64,000 nt of DNA, taken from assembly GCA_964347835.1 (NCBI GenBank), contig CAYFZR010000068.1:8030-72029 (forward strand), given 5' to 3'. A program made the translations under genes and the position numbers. Positions 59,449 to 64,000 of the stretch are shown here, in pieces. Under the pieces are notes generated by a model. That model saw nothing but the letters and a program-made list of their open reading frames with translations. It ran no database searches and was not told the origin of the DNA. The first letter of the stretch is position 1, and the number at the start of each line of letters is the position of its first letter. Source of the stretch: an uncultured archaeon. Its GTDB lineage: Archaea; CAYFZR01.

Positions 59449-60591
59449 GTGAGGGAAGAAGGACACACTAAAGAAGATATATTCAAAGAGTTAAAGAAAT
59501 ACAGAAACCTCGATTATAAATACGAGAAGGGAGGGATACTAAGTTCAATGTGCACCATTCCTCACGAAATTGTAAAAGAAGTCTTCATGAATTTTTTTGA
59601 AACAAACCTTGGAGATCCTGGTCTTTTTTTGGGAACAAATAAAATAGAAAAAGAAGTAATATCTGCTTTGGGCAGTTTGCTTGGAAAGAACAAGGCTTGT
59701 GGATATTTGGTCTCCGGAGGTACAGAGGCAAACATGATGGCTATGAGGGCAGCAAGGAATTTGAAAGGAGTAGAAAATCCTGAGGTAATTATACCTGAGA
59801 GCGCTCATTTCTCATTCGACAAAGCAGGAGATGTACTAAGAATAAATATGGTTAAAGTACCCCTCGATAATACTTTTAGAGCAGATTTGGAAGCAGTAGA
59901 AGATTCAATAGGTGAAAACACTATCGCCATAGTTGGAATTGCGGGTACGACAGGATTTGGAATTATTGATCCGATAGAAGATCTGGCAAAGTTATCTTTA
60001 GATTACGATTTGTATTTACATGTGGATGCTGCGTTCGGAGGTTTTGTCATACCTTTTCTTAAAGAAATGGGATATAATCTTCCAGATTTTGATTTTTCCA
60101 TAAATGGCGTTGATTCTATTACCATAGACCCCCATAAAATGGGTTTGGCCCCAATACCAAGCGGTGGAATATTGTTCAGTGATCCCAAGGTACTGAAATA
60201 CCTCGAGATAGAAACACCCTACCTAACAGAGCCGAAGCAATTTACAATGGTGGGAACACGACCTGGTGCCTCTGCTGCTGCAACATGGGCTGTTATGACT
60301 ATGTTAGGTAAGAAAGGATACAGAGAAATAGTAAAAAATTGTATGGAACTTACAAAATATTCGGCTGATGGAGTTAAAAAGTTAGGGCTGAAACTAGCTA
60401 TTGAGCCTACATTAAATGTTCTTACCTTTCATGTAGACGATTTAGATGAAGTGATAAAAAAACTAAAACAAGAAGGGTGGATCGTATCTAGAACCAGAAA
60501 ACCGCCTTGTATAAGAATTGTAATAATGCCGCACGTGAAAAAAGAGCATGTAGACAGTTTCTTAGATACTTTAGGAAAGATTTTGGGGTAA
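59449..60591 (+). CDS. mfnA: L-tyrosine/L-aspartate decarboxylase (MfnA), PLP-dependent
   Basis: Group II decarboxylase pattern with '[13 protein letters not shown]' PLP-Lys; archaeal MfnA length. Confidence 0.8.
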   Translation: MREEGHTKEDIFKELKKYRNLDYKYEKGGILSSMCTIPHEIVKEVFMNFFETNLGDPGLFLGTNKIEKEVISALGSLLGKNKACGYLVSGGTEANMMAMRAARNLKGVENPEVIIPESAHFSFDKAGDVLRINMVKVPLDNTFRADLEAVEDSIGENTIAIVGIAGTTGFGIIDPIEDLAKLSLDYDLYLHVDAAFGGFVIPFLKEMGYNLPDFDFSINGVDSITIDPHKMGLAPIPSGGILFSDPKVLKYLEIETPYLTEPKQFTMVGTRPGASAAATWAVMTMLGKKGYREIVKNCMELTKYSADGVKKLGLKLAIEPTLNVLTFHVDDLDEVIKKLKQEGWIVSRTRKPPCIRIVIMPHVKKEHVDSFLDTLGKILG

Positions 60592-60595
60592 GGGT

Positions 60596-61153
60596 ATGTT
60601 AAAAAGATTAAAGGAGAGTTTGAAAAACATACTTGTAATCCGAAGGGGTGAATACGAGTATTTCATTCATCCAATAACAGATGGTGTTCCCCTGTTAGAA
60701 CCGGATGTTCTTAGAGAATCTTCTATGTATATAGCAAAGACGGTTGATCTAAACGTGGATAAAATACTGACGATAGAAGCTATGGGTATACATCTGGCCA
60801 CGACCCTTTCGCTTATGACAGACATACCAGTGGTTATAGTTAGAAAAAGAAGATATGGCTTGGAAGGAGAAGTAGCCGTACATCAAGTGACTGGATATAG
60901 TAAAGGGGAGTTATACATTAATGGAGTGAGTGAGGGAGATCGTATTTTGATCGTAGACGATGTAATAAGCACAGGCGGAACATTAATGTCAGTTATATCC
61001 GCTTTAAAACAAATGGGTGCGATTATTACGGATGTTATAACAGTATTCGAGAGAGGAGAAGGAGTAAAGGAAGTAAAGAAGTCTACCGGCTTTGATGTTA
61101 AAACATTAATCAAAATTGACGTAAGAGACGGTAAAGTTACGGTGTTAGAGTAG
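60596..61153 (+). CDS. Phosphoribosyltransferase (archaeal purine PRTase-like)
   Basis: '[11 protein letters not shown]' and PRPP-binding '[13 protein letters not shown]' motifs. Confidence 0.7.
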   Translation: MLKRLKESLKNILVIRRGEYEYFIHPITDGVPLLEPDVLRESSMYIAKTVDLNVDKILTIEAMGIHLATTLSLMTDIPVVIVRKRRYGLEGEVAVHQVTGYSKGELYINGVSEGDRILIVDDVISTGGTLMSVISALKQMGAIITDVITVFERGEGVKEVKKSTGFDVKTLIKIDVRDGKVTVLE

Positions 61154-61177
61154 ATAAATTGAAAAGACGATTAAAAA

Positions 61178-61194
61178 GCAACGCGGCTCGTTGC
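61178..61194 (+). repeat. Hairpin GCAACG-CGGCT-CGTTGC ~25 nt after the PRTase stop (third copy of the 46169..46204 motif)
   Basis: Read directly; same flanks as the other copies ('AAAAAGCA' before, 'ATC' after). Confidence 0.7.
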
Positions 61195-61308
61195 ATCAAA
61201 ACTTTGCACAAGAATCGAGATTCTTGGCATGCCAAAAATCTATGATTTTTGAGCATTTAGAAAAAAGTTTTATCCGTAACGACCGGTTAAAAAAAAGTTC
61301 AAATTTAT

Positions 61309-61689
61309 TCAAGAAGATACTTTATAAAACAATAAAAAGAAGAGAACAGTAGAGAGCCAGTAAAAGAGCGAAACGCGGAATACATGATCGTCTCTAAAAT
61401 TCCCCCAACTTTTATGCCTAAACACGAACTTACCTATATGAAGGATGGAGTATAAATATACTAGAAACACGATTTCAATTGCTGCTAACAAATTATTCAA
61501 AAAATCAAAGAACCGTTTAATTTTTTTCGGAACCGTCGTGCCGGTTTTAACTATCAAAAAAATTATTACGAAAAAAATATACTTTAACCTTTCTGGCTCA
61601 GATTCTCTAAGTATATTTCTTTCTGCTTGTTTAGGTCGAAATAAATACATTAAAATCAACATAGAAATTCCTGCAATTATAATGGTCAC
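61309..61689 (-). CDS. Hypothetical small membrane protein
   Basis: Hydrophobic ORF; the antisense alternative 61445..61699 is less protein-like. Confidence 0.3.
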   Translation of the reverse strand: MTIIIAGISMLILMYLFRPKQAERNILRESEPERLKYIFFVIIFLIVKTGTTVPKKIKRFFDFLNNLLAAIEIVFLVYLYSILHIGKFVFRHKSWGNFRDDHVFRVSLFYWLSTVLFFLLFYKVSS

Positions 61690-62014
61690 TTTGAAGTAAT
61701 CATTGAGAAATTATTACACCTCCATTTTGCGTACTACCTAAATATCTCCATCAAATATTTATCCATATTTTTTTACGTATTTGAGATAAAAAAAGGTTGT
61801 AGGGGGTTATGTCCGCCCACACCCGGAAATAATCCAGATGAAAATACAGTAACTGTTCCATCGGGGGCGATTTGATATATTTTGCCAGAAATAACGCCGC
61901 CAGCGTATAATCCAATAAATAAAGAGGCGAGATATATTTGTTCAATACTTAATTCATGCAAGAAAATAGAAATACTATATTCTAAAAAATAGATTGTCTA
62001 GGATGTGTTAAATC

Positions 62015-62659
62015 ATGCCTAGTGTAATGATAGAAGGGCTCGTTATAATCTTTATAGCCATAGTATTTCTCCTCATCATTTATTATGAAAGATCCATCAG
62101 AAAACGTGATATCGGAGAACTTAAAAAATTGGAATCGAAGATTGGACTGAGATTTAATCAAGATGTTAGGGGGAGGCATCTCACGGGAAACTATAAAGGT
62201 AAAAACGTTGTTTTGAGCTATATCGACATGGGTACGGGGAAGCGCTTCTTCCCTTACACCAATATACAGATTGAGATTAAAAAAGGCTTGTCATGTAACA
62301 TAAAAATACGTAAAAAAGAGCCTTTAATTATTAACTCTGATTTTAAAATCGGAATTAGTAATTTTGACAATAATTTTTCAATCACATTTATAGAGACCGA
62401 ATTTGATAAAAATGGTCTCCCATTCATTTCAGAAAACAAAAAGATTTCGTGTATGGAAGAAATTAAAGATATTTTCGATATTGCCACGATTAAAAGGATG
62501 TCAGAATTAGATCTTTTAGCCTTTAAAATAGAGAATACAAAGATGCATCTTGAAATTAGCAGGCAGAATTACGATCAAACTTGGATCGCAAATACTCTTG
62601 ACCTTTGTGTTGAACTTGCAGAGAAGATTGATAAAGTTAGTTTAGAATCCAAATCTTAA
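62015..62659 (+). CDS. Hypothetical protein with N-terminal TM anchor
   Basis: N-terminal hydrophobic helix then a 190-aa soluble region with no recognised motif. Confidence 0.4.
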   Translation: MPSVMIEGLVIIFIAIVFLLIIYYERSIRKRDIGELKKLESKIGLRFNQDVRGRHLTGNYKGKNVVLSYIDMGTGKRFFPYTNIQIEIKKGLSCNIKIRKKEPLIINSDFKIGISNFDNNFSITFIETEFDKNGLPFISENKKISCMEEIKDIFDIATIKRMSELDLLAFKIENTKMHLEISRQNYDQTWIANTLDLCVELAEKIDKVSLESKS

Positions 62660-63064
62660 AAGCATCGTAGTTAAAAGTAATATTCATAAAGGGCTCAACG
62701 GACTTAAATTATATATTTCTGTCAAAGATATCACAACTTTCGAAGTTTAAGGTCCTCCATCATCATGTAAAATAACAAGTTTATAGATTGTAAAAGTTAA
62801 AATTTTAATTTACACCTTTCTGCTATCAAAGCATTACCTATATATGCAATACACCAGATAATACAAGCTGTATGATATTCAAAACTAAGCTCTGGAAGAG
62901 AGGCCAGAACTCATACGCCACAACCATACCCCATGTTGCCCTGCTCAACTTGGATCTTGAGAATCAGAAGTATAATGTCGTGTGGGATATCACGGATAAA
63001 GGGGTAAGGGTAAGCTTTGTTTTAAGGTCGGAAAGTTAATAAAGATTGAAATCAAAACGGACAC

Positions 63065-63394
63065 ATGCAAAAAAATAAGGAAATTTCTGATAAGATAGGC
63101 TTGATTGAATTTCTAAACGAAAATTATGGGTCATATGTTGTATTTGGGGTCTTTATAGCAACAGCAGGTTATTTTGGTAGTTTTAATAATATATTCGCAA
63201 CCCTTGCCTCAATTACTAGTTTAGGTATTGCGCTTTCTATTATATGGGCTATTGGTTTGATGATGCATAAACTTCATTGGCGGTTTAATAAAGATGCTAA
63301 AATTTTCTATAGTTTAATGTTCCTCATGTGGTTGTTCCTTCTCTTGTTCTTATCCCTTAGCTTTTTTTATTTTCATATTTCAACAAATCTATAG
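63065..63394 (+). CDS. Hypothetical membrane protein
   Basis: 109-aa hydrophobic ORF. Confidence 0.3.
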   Translation: MQKNKEISDKIGLIEFLNENYGSYVVFGVFIATAGYFGSFNNIFATLASITSLGIALSIIWAIGLMMHKLHWRFNKDAKIFYSLMFLMWLFLLLFLSLSFFYFHISTNL

Positions 63395-63660
63395 GGAGTT
63401 TGCGAATTAATACCTGTGAAGGCATAGCACTCGCAGGCATTATTTCGCAGGAAGGTCTCAGATTTTTAGGATTGGCGAAAAAGGGACGAGGAAATTGTTC
63501 CTAAAAAGGTGTTAAGGTAAGGTTTGAAGTTAGGGATAAGGGTTAGGCACCTTGATACAGACTCTCAATATGTTGGATAATTAACATCACACTCTATCAA
63601 TCGATATACTATTAACGGTTACATTTATGAGCGGGAATAAAAATTAGTTCAGGGAAAATT

Positions 63661-64000
63661 ATGAAGATAACCATACTGGGAAGCGGATCTACACACGGCA
63701 CGCCGAAGATAAACTGCCAGTGTAAAAATTGTCTTAGTGGTCTAAAACGCCTTAGATCTGGATTCATTGTTGAAACAGGCGATGAAAATATTCTTGTGGA
63801 CCCTAATCCTGATATCCGTCTCCAGCTACTTGAATACCCCAAATTAATAAATGCGATAATCGTTACGCATATGCACTTTGATCATATTGGCGGTCTTGGA
63901 GATATTGTGGGAGAAAAAATACCTCTATACGCTACTAAAGATGTATTGGATCACTTGTTAAAGTATTTTGGATATATGATCAAAGAAAAGAGAATCGATC
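63661..64000 (+). CDS. MBL-fold metallo-hydrolase, N-terminal part (runs off window end)
   Basis: 'MKITILGSGSTHGTP...VTHMHFDHIGGLGD' HxHxDH motif; not in the ORF track because it has no stop inside the window. Confidence 0.6.
   Translation, partial: MKITILGSGSTHGTPKINCQCKNCLSGLKRLRSGFIVETGDENILVDPNPDIRLQLLEYPKLINAIIVTHMHFDHIGGLGDIVGEKIPLYATKDVLDHLLKYFGYMIKEKRID

Noticed and set aside
1-64000. CRISPR arrays, cas genes, integrases, transposases
   Set aside because: No regularly spaced direct repeats and no integrase or transposase motifs seen in any frame.

Overview
Archaeal chromosomal segment, about 35% GC. The archaeal call rests on an HMf-type histone, archaeal-type ATP-dependent DNA ligase, HdrACB-MvhDGA, a full Hyp maturation set, MfnA, PAC2, UPF0146 and DUF763 proteins. 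The organism is likely an H2-utilising anaerobe or methanogen. Most of the window is core metabolism: hypF/D/C/E/A plus a maturation protease; hdrA-hdrC-hdrB-mvhD-mvhG-mvhA; DNA ligase; thiC; aroC-aroA; a trpD-F-E...G-C-B-A operon; PEP synthase; tatC; mfnA; a PiT/PhoU-like phosphate pair; and two tRNAs (Glu-CUC on the minus strand, Gln-CUG on the plus strand). No CRISPR array, integrase or transposase is visible. Accessory-looking content, each item a finding below: (1) a 5' block ending at the 3' end of tRNA-Glu: a membrane protein, a vWA (MIDAS) membrane protein, two unknown proteins, then a mobA gene directly followed by a 673-aa protein whose C-terminus is a CHAT/caspase-like protease domain (candidate conflict/regulated-proteolysis module); (2) a minus-strand four-gene cluster encoding a split acetolactate-synthase-like TPP enzyme (PP-domain gene first, then Pyr+middle-domain gene), an HdrD/GlcF-like CCG iron-sulfur protein and a POR-gamma-like protein (candidate non-canonical 2-oxoacid oxidoreductase); (3) a compositionally GC-richer gene whose product has a DUF4157-type 'LQxxIGNQAVQ' N-terminal motif and a C-terminal NlpC/P60-like papain-fold domain (toxin- or effector-like, probably horizontally acquired), followed on the minus strand by a membrane-anchored wHTH protein and a secreted protein, with a possible HTH/NTase toxin-antitoxin-like pair further on the plus strand; (4) a LigD-polymerase-domain-like AEP primase-polymerase divergent from the DNA ligase; (5) a eukaryote-type (GT3) glycogen synthase; (6) a conserved 6-bp-stem hairpin motif (GCAACG-YGGCT-CGTTGC) present just downstream of two unrelated operons; (7) a radical SAM / TIGR04076-like / MBL / DUF4870 operon. 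All functional calls are from motif-level reading of the translations; no database search was possible.
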